Part shown: positions 1 to 12,336 of the stretch, piece after piece | Position numbering within the stretch: position 1 is the first letter of the stretch | How the letters are laid out: each line of letters starts with the position of its first letter | NCBI GenBank assembly: GCA_001724265.1 | Contig: MEDY01000031.1 | Coordinates: forward strand, 1 to 64,000 | Direction of reading: 5' to 3' | DNA: 64,000 nucleotides | DNA from: Rhizaria sp. SCN 62-66 | Taxonomy: Eukaryota | Notes under the pieces: generated by a model | Told to the model about the DNA's origin: nothing | Seen by the model: only the letters and a program-made list of their open reading frames with translations | The model's database searches: none | Position numbers and translations under genes: made by a program

Positions 1-1246
1 CCCGCGCGCCGCCGCCAGCGCGCGCGCCGCGGCGGCGCTGCTGGACTCGGCCTCGGCGGTCTCGCTCGCGCGTGCGGCGGCGGTGCGGGCGGTGGCCTCT
101 TCGGCGGCGCTGGCGCGCTGCTGCGCGCGTGCGAGTTCGGCGCGGAGCTTCGCAGCGCCGGCGGCCGAGTCTGCGGCGCCCGCGCGCGCGGCGGCGTCGC
201 GCGAGTGGCAGTCCGCGGCCGCGGCGGCGAGCTCGCCGTGGAGCCCGTCACGGTCGGCGAGCGTGAGCGCAAGCTGCGCGCGCAGCGACGCCGCGGCGGC
301 CGTCTCGGCAGCAAGCGCGGACGACAGCTCGGCGACGCGCGCGAGCAGATCGTCTTCACGCAGTTTGGCCTGTTTGGCGGCGAGCGCGGCCTGGGTGCGC
401 AGCGCCACCAGCTCGCCGCGCGCGCGGTCACCCTCGGCAGCGCGCGCCTGCAGCGACGACACGGCCAGGTCGCGCGTCGCCAGCTGCGCCTGCAGCAGCG
501 GCACCGACGACGCTGCGTTAACTGGGAACGCTGGCGTCGGTGGCGGAGGCAGCAGCGCTGGCGGCGCAGCGGTGGTCAGCAGCGCCGCTGTCGCCGCGGT
601 GGCCGCACTTGGCGCGGGGGACGCGTACGGCGCGTATGCGTAGCTAGATGCAGATGCGTACAACGACGAAGCGGCTGCCGCGGGCGTGTGTGCTGTGTGC
701 GCAGTGTGAGCTGTATAAGCAGTGGTAGGCAACGGGGCAGGCGAGGCAGCGGAGGAGCGTCCCGCAAGGGAGGCGCGCACAGAGGAGGGAATGAATGTGT
801 ACTGCTGCGGGACGGACGCGTGCGCAGACGCGGTGGCGTGCTGAGACGCGGGGGCGGAGGGTGGGAGCGCGGAGAAGGGCGGAGACGACGGCGGGTGCAA
901 TGCGTATCCGAAGCTATGTCCAAGCGCTTCCTCTGGCTGCGCGTAGCTTGGTGCGGTGCGCGGGGGAGTCAAAGACACCTTGCTGGCCTCAATACGCGAG
1001 GGCAGCTGGTGCAGGGCGGGACCCACTGCAGTGGTGATGGCGGCAGCGTTAAGATTCGAGAAAAGTGAGAGGCAGGTTGCTGCAGAGATCAAGCGCGACA
1101 AAACAAGGTTGATAGAAGAAGGACGTACCACTCTCAAGAATGCGCAGGGTTTCATCCTTTACGGCCATTTGCTGCATAATAGCTTGCTGCCGTTGAATAC
1201 TACTTTGCAGCTGCATTTGCGCCTCGTCGGCATGAAACTGATTCAT
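1..1246 (-). CDS. Coiled-coil protein, 3' end outside window (2 exons seen)
   Basis: Exon 1 1246-1129 (MNQFHADEAQMQ...ILES), phase-1 GTACGT donor at 1128, CAG acceptor at 1026 (an in-frame alternative CAG lies at 1080). The frame then stays open to base 1, encoding a P/S/A-rich stretch and an A/E/R/L coiled coil (ELQAQLATRDLAVSSLQAR...). Confidence 0.65.
1026..1128 (-). other. Spliceosomal intron (GT-AG)
   Basis: GTACGT donor, pyrimidine-rich body, CTTAAC branch-like motif, CTGCAG acceptor; splicing restores the frame. Acceptor choice (1026 vs 1080) is uncertain. Confidence 0.55.
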
Positions 1247-1857
1247 CTGTTGAGGGAGGGCACACGCCGCTCAGTGAGAGTCAAAGAGAGAGCTGTACTA
1301 ACCTACAAAACAATAAAGTTTGAAAACTAAATCAAAAAAAGAAGATAATTAAAGATATACATATGCATGAAAGGGCAAGCACGCGCGTGGACGATGTGTG
1401 TACGAAGATATTTTGGGTTTAGTTTCATCATCAAACGGCTGCCTGACTAGGGCTTCACTCCACTGCGGACCAGTGACGATGTGAACAGAGCCATATGTAG
1501 TTTGAATGACACCCTATATGTTCACACCGACGTTTGAAAACAGACTTGCGTGATATATGTTGGGTTTCACCCTGCATATAATCGTTAATGTAGCAGCTGC
1601 AACGGATTCAGTGTATTGTCCGTGATTTTTAGATTTATACGTGAGTCACGCAGACACAGTGATCAAAGGAGAAATCACACACATCTCGATCATATCTAAG
1701 TTAAAGCTCAAAGCATATCACACCACACACATACTGTACATTTACCACATAAATTCGGAGCTATACCTGCACAATTTTTTAATGTCACACTTCAAATAAG
1801 AAAATATACACTTCGCAGTCACGCAAGCGCGGCTTACTCGCTTGCACGACTGCTGCT

Positions 1858-2171
1858 TTAAAAGGTTTCTCCATCATCACCCGCCGAGACGCTCCTGTCA
1901 TACGCAGACGCCGCCACTTCCCCAGCACGGCTGCCCACGGACTTGTTCCGCGCGTGCACTGACGCCGGCTCCAGCAGCGTCGTCGCGAAGCTCTTGCCGC
2001 CGCCGCGCTCGGGGTTGCTGCTATCAGCGTCGTAGCCGTCGTTGTCGTCGTCATCGTCGTCGTCCTGGTACTCGCCCTCGTCACCCAGAGGGAAGCCGGA
2101 GGACACGCCTGTGGACGTAGGCGACGGCGGCACCTGTGCGGCCAGCGACGGCGACAGCCACTTGCTCGAAC

Positions 2172-2217
<46 letters not shown>

Positions 2218-5200
2218 GGTTGGTGCTGCCGTGGGTGCTACACTCACAGTCGCCGTTGCCACCGCCACGGTGTCGGGCTCTGTGGCCGCGGCGCTGGACG
2301 TGGCGTCCGACGCCGAGAGCAACGCGGGCACGGGCGCGCTGGCAGTCGCCACCGCCGGTGCCGCGGGCGCAGCGGTTGGAACGGCGGAAGACCTCGTCGT
2401 CGCCGTCGCTCCAGCCGCAGAGAAGCTCGATGCGGAGGAAAAGACGGGTGAAAGCAGCGCGGCTGGCTCGCTGGTAAGACCCAGCTCCGTGTCCAGATTC
2501 AGCACCGTCTCGCTGCGCCGCCGCACGTGGAAGCTGTTCGCGGACGCGGACGAGGCCGGCGACACCGCAGCACCGCCGCCGCCGTGGAAGGCAGCGGCGG
2601 CAGCGGCGGAGATGTCGGAGACGGAGTCTGCGCGCGAAAGCCCGGGCCCGCCGTCGCTGATGCCGGCGGTGCCGGGCGGCAGCACGGCGGCCAGCGCGTC
2701 GGGCGCGCCGCCGAGGGTGATGTTGACGTGCAGCGTGGCGGCCGTACGCGCGAGCCGGCGCCGCTGCAGGTCTGTCGGCTTGGCCCACAGCGCGGCGTCG
2801 AGCGTCCACAGCTTGCGGTCGCCCGCCGCGCGCACCGGCGCGGGCACGGTGCCCGGCGGCCCCGCGAGCGGCGTGTGCAGCAGCGCGGTGCGCGACAGCG
2901 GCTGGCCCATCTGCGTGAACACTTCGTGAAGCACCGAACTCAGGTCGACGAACGCGAAGCCGCGCACAGAGTGCTTCTCTTGCTTGGGCTTGTACTGGCG
3001 CAGCTCCATGAAGAGGAAAACCTGCTTCGGCTCGGCTTCGGCCATCAGCGCGGGCGTAGGCAGCCCCATGTTGAGGGCAAGCAGCAGCGGCAGATTCACG
3101 TTGTTGGCCGACGTATGCACGCTGCGCTCAAAGCGCGTGGGCACGGCGCGCGTTAGCTGCACACCTGCGGCGTCGACGAGCGAGAAGACCAACGTTGGGT
3201 CCGCCAGCGCCTTGCAACCCTTGAAGGTGAGCTCCGTCACTGCTAAGAGCAGCGACGGGTACTGCGGCTGCGGCGTAGTGTCGAGCGCAAGCCTGCGCAG
3301 CGGCGGCATCTGCGCGACAGTAAGGCGCCACGCATTGACGCGGTCCTGCAGCGCATCGGCCTCGCGCGCCAGCTCCTCCGCCAGCGTCTTGGTCGCGCGC
3401 ACGGATCGCGCGCGGTGCTCCAGCAGCGCCGAGTGGCTCGTCAGTGACTCACTCAGCGTGGACTCCTGTGCGCGCAGCTGCGCGAGGGACGAGGATAGCT
3501 CCTGCTCGCGCGCCGCCGCCGCCTCTGCCGCGGCTTCCAGCGCTGCAATGCGTGCGCGCAGCGCCACCGCGGTCGCCTCACTCTCGGCCAGCGCCGCTGC
3601 GCGCGTCTCAGATAAGGCCTCGGCGTCCGCCGCATCCTGCTCGGCGCGCCCAGCGCGTTCGGCTGTGGCAGCCGCAGTCGTGCGGGACTCAGCCAGCTGG
3701 ACCTCGATGGCGACAAGCTGCTTCGCGCGCTCATCAAGCTCGCGCTCCGCGTTCGCCAAGCGGGCTGCCATCGACTCGCCCGCCGCGCGCGCAGCACCGC
3801 CCTCGGCCGCCGCGGCCGCCGCTGTTGCGGTTGCCTCGGTCGCGGCCGCGGTCGCGCCTGCACGTTCCACCTCAAGGCGGTCGACGGCGGCGCGTAGCCG
3901 CTGCAGCTCGCCATCGTTTGCCTCGGCAGCAGCGCGCGCCGCTGCAGCACTGACGCGTTCGCTCGCAGCCTCGGAGAGGGCGTGCGCGCGCGTCTCTTCA
4001 GCATGCACCCGCGCCTCCTGCGCAGCGGCTGCAGCGGCGTCCGAGGCGGCCGCAGCGGCTTCAGCGCTCTCGGCGCGGGTCTCGGCGCGAGCAGCAGCTT
4101 CGCGGGCTGCGGAGGCGCTTTCGGAGGCCGCCGCGGCCGCGGACTCTGCACTCTCGGCACGCGCCTTCGCGGCGGCCGCGCGCTCAACGGCGGCAGCCAG
4201 CTGGCCTAGGGCGGCAGCGGCTTCAGCCCGCGCGGCGGTTACACGGCCACGCAGTGACGCAAGGCGGCTCCCAACGGCGGAGGGATTCGTGCAATCTAGG
4301 TCTTCGATGTCGCTCTCTTCGTCCGACATGAGTGCGGCTTCGGCGCTACGCACATCGTCATCCTCATCCTCGTTGTCACCCTCGACAAGCGTCCCCAGCC
4401 CGCCCATGGCCGCCGCCGCCGCCTTGCGACGCGCCGCCAGCGCCTGCGCGTGCCGCGACGCCTTAGCAAACGCTCTTGCCTCAGCGCGCGCTGCCTCAAG
4501 CGCTGCCTCCGCCGCGATCGCGCGCGCCTCGGTCTGCGCCGCGACAGATGTGGCCTCGACCAGCGCAGCATTGAGCTCGGCCGCCTCCAGCTGGGCCGCC
4601 TGCGCGCGCCGCGTCATGTTTGCAACGTCCGCTCGCGCAGCCTCAGTCTCACGGCGCGCGCTATCGGTTTCAGCGCGGGCTGCCTCGGTCTCGGTGCGAG
4701 CTGTCTCAGTTTCGGCACGAGCAGCCTCGGCAGCAGCGCGGGCGGACTCAGCCTCCGCACGCGCAGCCTCAGCATCAGCGCGCGCTGCATCGGCCTCAGC
4801 CCGCGCTGTGGCAGCTTCAGCACGTGCAGCCGCAGCATTTGTGCGCGCGGCTTCGGTCTCAGCAAGCGCAGCATCGGTCTCCGTCCGAGCAGCAGCGGTT
4901 TGCGCGCGCGCTTCTTCAGCGTCGGCGCGTGAGACGGTCGCCTCTTTGCGTGCAACATCCGCGTCAGCGTGCGCTTTCTCAGCGTCCATCTTAGCCGTCG
5001 CAGCCTCAGCCTTGGCCGCAGCAGACTCAGCCTTGGTCACAGCGGCTTCGGCGCGCGCGGCGTTAGCATCCACAGCGGCAGCAGCAGCTTGCTCCTTCAC
5101 AGTCGCAGCTTCCGTACGAGCCGTACTCGCGGCAGCGTTCGCGTCAGCTGCGTCCTTGAGCGCCTCCATCGTCGCCGCCTGCGCCGCCGCGGCCGTGCCC

Positions 5201-8200
5201 GCCGCAGCCACAGCGTCTGCAGACGCCGCGGCCGCTTGGGCACGTGCAGCAACCGCGTCAGCGCGCGCCTCGTCGGCCGCGACGCGCGCCGCGGCGAGCT
5301 CGGCGGCCTGTCTCTGCGCGTCCGCGCCCGTGCGCGCCTCCTCCGCCGCCGCGGCGACCGCAGCAGCCTTGGCGGCCTGCGCCTCCGCCGCCGCAGCAGC
5401 AGCGCGGGCCTGCGCGGCAGCCGTCTCCGCCGCCGCCGCACGGGCCTCGGCACGGACAGTGCGCGCCTCAGCAGCATTGGCGCGCGAGTCTGCGGCGGCG
5501 GCGCGGCCCTCAGCGGCTGTCGCACGCATTTCAGCGCCCGACGAGAGCCCCTCAGCGCTGGCGGCGCGCAGCTCAGCGGCGGCAGCGCGACCCTCAGCGG
5601 CCTCCGCGCGTGCACGCGCCGTGGCGGCCGCGCCCTCGGCTGAGGCAACGCGCGCAGCCTCGACGGCAGTCCTGGCCTGCGCGGCAGCAACGCGGCTCTC
5701 GGCCGCAGCCGCCTTGGATTCCCACACCGCCGCCTGCTGCGCCTGCGCGTGGGACAGCTTCTCTGCGTGCGAAACTGCTGCCGCAGCCGCGGCCGCCAGC
5801 GCGCTTTGCTTCTCCGCGCCAGCGGACGAGGCTGTGAAGTGCTCCGCCGCCGCAGCGTCAGCGCGCGCGTGTGCTGCGTCGCTGCGCGCCTCAGCGTTCT
5901 GCGCGCGTGCCTCGGCCGCAACAGCGCGCACCTCTGCGGCGTCAGCCCGTGTCTCCGCAGCCTCTGCGCGGCGGTCAGCCTCGGCCCGGTCCTCTTCGAG
6001 CCCTGCAGCAACGTACTGCGCGGCCGCGGCGGCGCCACGCGCCTCTCGGTCGAGCTCCTGTGCGCGCAGGCCGAGCTCCGCCGCGCGCGCCTCGGCAGCG
6101 GCGAGCTTCGCGCGCACGGCGGACAGCTGCGTCTCGAGCGCGGCGCAGCGCTCGGCGCACTCGGCCGCGTCTACAACCCCCGCGTCGGTCTGCGTCGAGA
6201 GGCTCGCGGCCGCGGCCGGCGCTGTCTGCGTCTGCATCTGCGCGCTCTCGCGGCCCGCAAAGCGCGCCAGCTCGCGCTTGGCCGCAGCTAACGCTAAATG
6301 CAGCTCGGCTTCGCGCGCCGACGCAAGCCCCGCGGAGTCCTTCCCATCGTCCGTGTCGTCGTCATCGCTGTCGGAGTTGCCAAAAGCGTTGTTATCCGCC
6401 TGCGCGTTCGCAAGCGCTTGCAGGTGCCCCGGCAGCAGCACGGGCTCCAGCGCCGCGCGCGCCGAGCCCGCGGCTGCAAAGAGCGCGACAGCGATGGCTG
6501 AGCTCAGCGCCGGGTCCCAGCGGACCGCGCGCAACGCGGCGCTGCCGGGGCAAAGGTCGCCCATAGGGTCTGCGCGGGCGCCGCCCTCCGCGTCACCGTT
6601 GATATTCGCGGCAGCAGCGCCCGGAGGAGAGCGTGCGCGGCGCGGCTTGATCTTGGTGGCGAAGCGCAGGCCGGCAAGGAGCTCGCGCAGCGCGGCCGCG
6701 GGGTCGCGAGACAGCAGCACGCCACACCCCGCGCCCGCGCCCACCGCGGTCGCGCTGACTGCGGCGGCGCCGCCCGCGGTCGCGCTGACTGCTGCGGGCG
6801 GCAGCGCGGCGAGCGCCGCGGGCGCCGGATCCGTGCCGCCCGTGCCAAGCGAGTCTGCGACGATGATGGCGACGGCAGGCCCGTCCTCGCCCAGCGCGCC
6901 GCGCAGCAGCCGCGTAAGCGCCGACTCGCGGTACGCACCGCCTAGTGGTTCCGCGCCGGCGGCGAGTGTCCCCAGCACGCCGAGTAGCGTCGACAGCGTG
7001 CGCGCGCCCGAGCCCGCGGCGCCAGAACCAGAGCCGGGCCCCGCGGCGATGCCCAGCGCGGCGGCGGTGACGGCGGGCGAGGCTGGAACGCAGTGCGCGC
7101 CCGCGGATGGCGGCAGCGCGGGGTAGGGGAACGCACCGGCGCCCGCCACGCGCGCTGTCGCGGCGGGGCGTGTGTGCGCGGGCGACATGGCCGCAGTGGC
7201 GGCGGCGACGCCCGCGCCCGCCGCGCCCGGCCGGCCCACGGCGACTGCGGCGGCGGGCAGGTTGGTGCCGTGTGAGGACGACAGCAGCGCGTTGCCGGCG
7301 GGGCGCGCGACGGCCTCTTGTGGCGGGAGCGCGACGAGGTGCAGCTGCGACGCGCAGAGCAGGGCGCCGTCGCGCGCGCGCAGACGCTCGAAGTGCAGGG
7401 TAAGCACGACCGAGCCCACGGCGGCGAGCGCGCGCGCGCGCGGAGTGGTCGCGGCGGCGACGGCAGCGGCGGCGTCCTCGGGCGACGCCAGGCGCGCGCG
7501 CGAGAGACCCTCGGCGTAGCTGGCGCCCGAGGCGAGCTGCCGCAGCGGGCAGCGTGGCGGCGGCGCCGGGTGGCCGCGGCCCGCCGCGCCCCGCGCGCCA
7601 GCGCCCGCAGCGGCGCTGGCGGCGTCTGCGAGCAGGTCAAGCGCGGACGCGCCGCTGCCGGCGCCCGCGGCGGCCGCGGAGGGCGGGTCGAGCAGGGCGG
7701 CGACGGAGACGGACAGGCGCAGCGCCAGCGCAGGCGCGCGCCGCGGCAGCAGCGCGGCCAGATCCAGTGCGTACTGCAACGTCGCGGGCACCAGTCCGCG
7801 TTCGCCGCAGCCGCTAGCGTTCATGGTAACGGCGTGAGAAGTGGCGTCTGCATGAGCATTCGCATTCGCGGGCGCGGGCGAGCCCCAGACCGCGCGGTCG
7901 CGGCGCGGGTGCGCGGCGCCGTAGAAGAGCACGGACGCGGCGGGCGCACCGGCGAGCAGCGCGGCGTCGCAGAGCGGCTTGACGGCGTGTGCCCACAGCG
8001 AGCGAGCCGCGGCGGGCCGCGAGAGAGGCGGGAAGAATGCGTCGGCGCGGAATGGCGGGCAGCCGGGCGCCGCAAACGCAATCAGCGGGCCCGTCGCCAG
8101 CCCGCGCGCGCGAATCAGGGGCCCATTCAGCCGCAACAAGCCGCGCGGCTGCGCGCTCGTCCCGTCGCTTTCATTGTTATCGTCATCGGACGAGTAGATG

Positions 8201-8493
8201 TGTGCGCCCGAGAGCTCGCACAGCTCGAAGAGCGCACCGGGACCGGTCTGGATGCCGCTGACAACCACTGCAAAGGGGTCGTGGCCGGGCAGGCAGCGTG
8301 TGACCGGCGCGGTGGGCGCGTCAGGCGTCTGGGGAGGCGAGAGCGCAAACGCGGACGTGTTGGTGTTAGTGGCAGGGCTCGACGTGGAGGACTGCGTCGA
8401 CAGGCGCAAGGGCGTCACGGGGGCAGCGAGCGCAGCAAAGGGCTGCACAAGGACGCGCTCGGCGTCGACGAGCAGAGCGTCAAAGTCTGACAT
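1858..8493 (-). CDS. Degenerate kinesin-motor-like domain + long coiled coil + C-terminal AIDA-type C2 domain (2211 aa)
   Basis: Single ORF ending TAA. Kinesin scaffold motifs in order (VLFYGA, GLVPATL, YAEGLS, SQLHLVAL, YRESALTRLLRGALG, LRFATKIK; ~6640-8100). Ala/Glu/Arg coiled coil ~3330-6300. AIDA-C2 motifs DPTLVFSLVDAAG, FMELRQYKPKQEKHSVRGFAF, LWAKPTDLQRRRL (~2715-3260). Confidence 0.8.
2173..2217. repeat. (GTC)n trinucleotide microsatellite, poly-Thr in the minus-strand CDS
   Basis: Directly visible run of GTC units with one interruption. Confidence 0.9.
4630..4930 (-). repeat. Degenerate 21-bp (7-aa) tandem repeat within the coiled coil
   Basis: Translation AAARAEA-ATARAEA-DAARADA-EAARAEA-ESARAAA-EAARAET-ETARTET-EAARAET-DSARRET; heptad periodicity. 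Boundaries approximate. Confidence 0.7.
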
Positions 8494-9200
8494 GCTGGGT
8501 CAGGCGCGGGGCGAGACCTGCGCTTTCTAAAGCGCGGGCCTTGTGATGCGGGTTGAGAGGGCGCGGCAGAGAGGGGAGCAACAGCTACGTCTAGTCTGCT
8601 ATACCACCTTTGACAGACAAGATATCAAACAAACATAAGGTTAACCATGAAGTAAAATACCAATACAGTGAATATGGCCCCGTAAAACGTGAGCGTGTTT
8701 CGAACTATGATGATCTGCGAGATTTCACAAGGAGGCCTGCTCAATCTTCAGTTGCAGAACTTTTGCAAGCTATTTCTCCATGACCGTATCGTCGCCGAGT
8801 GTGTAATAAGGAATGAAGAAAAAAACTACATCGATGATCATAAATGGTAAATTACACTCATACTGGTAGCGTTCTTGGCAGACTAAAGGTGAGTGATACT
8901 CCTTTGATGTCGGAGTGCGGTTTCGGCCTGTCCAACGAAATAGGCCGGAGTTAGTGCGAAGTTTGGGTCAATATGTGTATTAGAAGGGTTTCGTGACGTT
9001 TCTGTTTCAAGTTTACAAAACAAGTCAACCCGAGCGAACACGTGGCCATATCGTGCTTGTGCATGTGCGGGCTGCACTGTGCGCATCTTCAATTCTATTC
9101 GATCTGTGTTTGACAGTGGCAGCGGCGAGCGACCGCAATGCTTTGTGGTGTTGCTGCGTCCTCTACTGTGCGGGGGCAGCCATCGGCATGGTCTGCGCAC

Positions 9201-9934
9201 TCACGCAGCAGGTGCGGTGCCCTGCGCGGCGGCCTCCGCGGTCTGCGAGTAGTTCTCCGAGGCCGGAGAGACGTTGCCGACGTTCTCGGGGCCGAACGAG
9301 TCGGGCAGGATGTCGGCCATGGTGGAGCGGCGGACCTCGGAGCCGTCGCCGCGGGTGAAGACGAGCGGCACACCGGGCGCAAGAAACTCGCGCAGGAACT
9401 GGCGGCACGCGCCGCAGCACGAGCCGCCGTCGCGGGTCGTCACCGCGACCGCCTGGAAGCTGCGGTAGCCCGCGCTCACTGAGAGTAGACAGACGGGAGC
9501 AAAAGTGGGTGGTGGTGATGTGAGCGAACAGATAATGCGATGACAAGTGAGAGAGGACAGGGACAGTGCGGTGGAGAGATGGGGGACGGCCGAAACCAGG
9601 CGGAAACGTACCGGCAGAGACGAAGGCGGAGCGCTCGGCGCAGATGGTGAGGCCGTAGGAGGCGTTCTCGACGTTGGCACCACCGAACATGCGGCCACAG
9701 GAGGTCACGACGGCGCAGCCAACCTGCAAAGACAGGGGGAGATATAAAACAAGCTGAGTGAGCACGGACCGAACATGTATATACAGTAGAGCAACATATA
9801 TTGGCGACCAGACCCGAGGTCTACGAAGTCGAGTGAGGGGGCGGAATCTTGCAGTGAGGGCGTACCGGGTACTTGCTGTAGGGGCAGTAAGCGTTGTTGA
9901 AGCTCTTGACAGAGAGAGCAATGAGCTCATCCAT
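9201..9934 (-). CDS. CDA: Cytidine deaminase, homotetrameric type (3 exons, 152 aa)
   Basis: Exons 9934-9866, 9723-9612, 9478-9201 give MDELIALSVKSFNNAYCPYSKYP|VGCAV...GANVENASYGLTICAERSAF...|...SCCGACRQFLREF...ILPDSFGP. The AYxPYS, NVENASY, CAE and CGACRQ zinc motifs are present. Stop is TGA. Confidence 0.95.
9479..9611 (-). other. Spliceosomal intron 2 of CDA
   Basis: GTACGT...CTCTCAG, phase 1; splicing joins conserved CDA motifs in frame. Confidence 0.9.
9724..9865 (-). other. Spliceosomal intron 1 of CDA
   Basis: GTACGC...TTTGCAG, phase 0; restores the YSKYP-VGCA motif. Confidence 0.9.
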
Positions 9935-11218
9935 TTTGTAATCGGCCTTAGCGGGTGCGGACATCGTAGCTGTGAAGGAAGGCTGTGGGGCAGACGAAAC
10001 GAAGGGAGACAGGTGAGATTGATTTGAGGTGACGGGACATCATGTCTACAGACTGGCTATTTCACAACGTTAACTGAGATTTTCACAAAAGAGAAAAATA
10101 TATAATACAGAAAAACAGTTTTCAGCGCTGAACACAACTGTTTAAGTGCTTGAAACCCCTTGGATTACCGAAAAGACGACTTTAGGTATTAGGTCCTTAA
10201 CGGCCGCAGGCAATCATCAGATGCAGCTCGTGGTCTAAGTATTTCCCCGTACTATTCCCCGATTCGACCGTGCTACTCTGGATTTGACAGTGTATTCGAA
10301 ATTTATAAAGTATATAGTCTATGTAAACATTATTGGAGGTCCTCTTAGGCTGCAATGCACGCTGTAATGAGGGGCATTGCGACAGTCGAGGCGACAGGCC
10401 GACGTCGCTTTTGCATCATCGCCAGAACGGGGCCGGAATGTGAAGAGATCCAATCAAGCTTGATGCGCGGAGTCACAACGACTCATATGTAATGCTCCAC
10501 TCGCGCTCGTTTGCGGAGAGGCGCGCTGTATCATGCCAGTCGGGGGTCGATATCCTTTTTAGGGTTCCCGGCGTTGTCGTTCGGGATGGCTCCGAGGTAG
10601 AAAAGTTCAGTGTTGGTAGGGTTCCTATGTCGTGATCACAGTTTCACGGCCATTAAGTGGTATGTAATGAAGGAGAATATGAGCGCGACATTCACTTACA
10701 AGCAAAGGCCTGCGTCTCCGCCCTGTTTCTGACATGAGTGATGTTTTAGCCGGTGTGAGCTGAGTCTAGAGAGAGTAAATTGGAGTTGAGCAGAAGTAAG
10801 ACGGAACAGAAGAGTGCACAAGGTGTGGATCAACGAATACACCATAAAAAAGAGTGCGTTATACGCGGTTTCCAACTTGAATACATGCGTATTCTGTCAT
10901 TGCGTAGTCTTGTCACTGTGGTACGAGGTGACCGTGAGCGGTAACGCAACTTAAAGGTCGCTGAGCTTCGCAGAAAGCAGAGCATGCGGAGTCAATCGAT
11001 CGTTAAAGAGACTGTTTCACTGATGTTCAAGTATTTCACGGCAAGATAATGCCACAATGTAAGTTAAACCTGACGACGTACTCACCGTTCGCGCCATAAA
11101 CCCGTTTGCTAAAACTGTCGATTTTCACTGCCACGTGGCCGCCGCGCTCGCACGTTTTGAGTTTGAGCGGTTCTAGCCTTTGCTCGCATCAATCCGTTTC
11201 TACCACTTCCTTTAAACC

Positions 11219-12109
11219 ATGGCAATCTCGCTCTCGCGCGCCTCCCTGGCGCTCGCGCTGCTGTTCGCGTGTTGTCTGCTGGCGCCGGCGACAGCGACGA
11301 CGACGCGGCAGAACGGCATGGACGGCGGCTCGCGTCTGCGCGCCAACGCGCGCGGCAGCCTCACGCCGGGCACCACGGACGGCGTGATGCGCGACCGCGT
11401 CTCAACCATCAGCGACGACAACACCGCGCACTTCCTGTTCCCCAACGACCCGCGCTTCCCTGGCGTGTTCCACCGGTCCGCGGACGGCGTGACCCCGGCG
11501 CCGCGGCTTACTTTAGAGCCGCGGCCGCCTGCGCCGCCAAACGCCGATCCCGCGCCCGGCTCGCTGGACTTTCTGCACGAGAACTCGCACACGCTTGCGC
11601 CGTTCCCGCTGCCACCCGACGCGGAGGCCGCGATCGCGGCCGCGGGCGACGCCGCCAGCGCAGGCTCAGCCGTGCCGAGCGCTGTGGCCGTCACCGCGGG
11701 CGGCGCGCCGCCAATGACGCCGCTGCCGCCGCTCGTGCCCTCGCCGCCGCTAGTCTCGGTCGCTCCCACACCTACAACAGCACCGGCAACAGCGGCGGCT
11801 GTGGTGACTGCGGACCCGAACGCGCCGAGCCGGCGGCGCATCATCCCGTCGTCGTCAGCGGAGTCGTCGTTCCGCGCTCTAGCCACGGCCGCGGGCAGCG
11901 CGCTCAGCAGCGTGATGGGCGCCGCGAGCCGCGCATTCCGCACACAGCGCGCGTCGACGTCGCCGCTCACGGCCCCCGTAGGCCTCACAACAACAATGAT
12001 GGAGCCCATGATGTTGACAGCGTCGGCGTCACCGTCGGCGTCACGGCCGTGTGGCTCATTCTGTCGACGGCCGGAGGGCGGCCCGGCGATGTGGGCTGAC
12101 TTCGTGTAA
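11219..12109 (+). CDS. Hypothetical secreted protein, Pro/Ala/Thr-rich (296 aa)
   Basis: AAACCATGG start context, N-terminal signal-peptide-like segment (MAISLSRASLALALLFACCLLAPATA), GC-rich island between AT-rich spacers, stop TAA. Confidence 0.7.
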   Translation: MAISLSRASLALALLFACCLLAPATATTTRQNGMDGGSRLRANARGSLTPGTTDGVMRDRVSTISDDNTAHFLFPNDPRFPGVFHRSADGVTPAPRLTLEPRPPAPPNADPAPGSLDFLHENSHTLAPFPLPPDAEAAIAAAGDAASAGSAVPSAVAVTAGGAPPMTPLPPLVPSPPLVSVAPTPTTAPATAAAVVTADPNAPSRRRIIPSSSAESSFRALATAAGSALSSVMGAASRAFRTQRASTSPLTAPVGLTTTMMEPMMLTASASPSASRPCGSFCRRPEGGPAMWADFV

Positions 12110-12336
12110 AACGCACAGTAAGAAGAGACAGCAGCTGATGCGTAAGACGCGCAGATTGTCGAACTGCGCTGTGTCGCGCTGTGTTGCGCTGTGGGGACCG
12201 CAGCGCGTGACTGGGCAACAGACGCGACAGTCTGTTGCCAATAAAATTGCGAGAGTTAACAAAATTAACAAATACACAACCATTTGACCGATCTTGTACG
12301 TAAGGATCGAACACATGTGGATGTACAGAAGCGCGC

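Noticed and set aside
2984-7126. 1380-aa plus-strand ORF (and other long antisense ORFs such as 28852-31734 +, 62018-63385 +)
   Set aside because: Shadow ORFs of GC-rich minus-strand genes; Ser/Ala/Arg-rich translations with no motifs.
10222-10275. tRNA/SINE-like A- and B-box resemblance (TGGTCTAAGT...GATTCGACC)
   Set aside because: No cloverleaf can be folded and the B box is imperfect; no suppressor tRNA is visible in the window.
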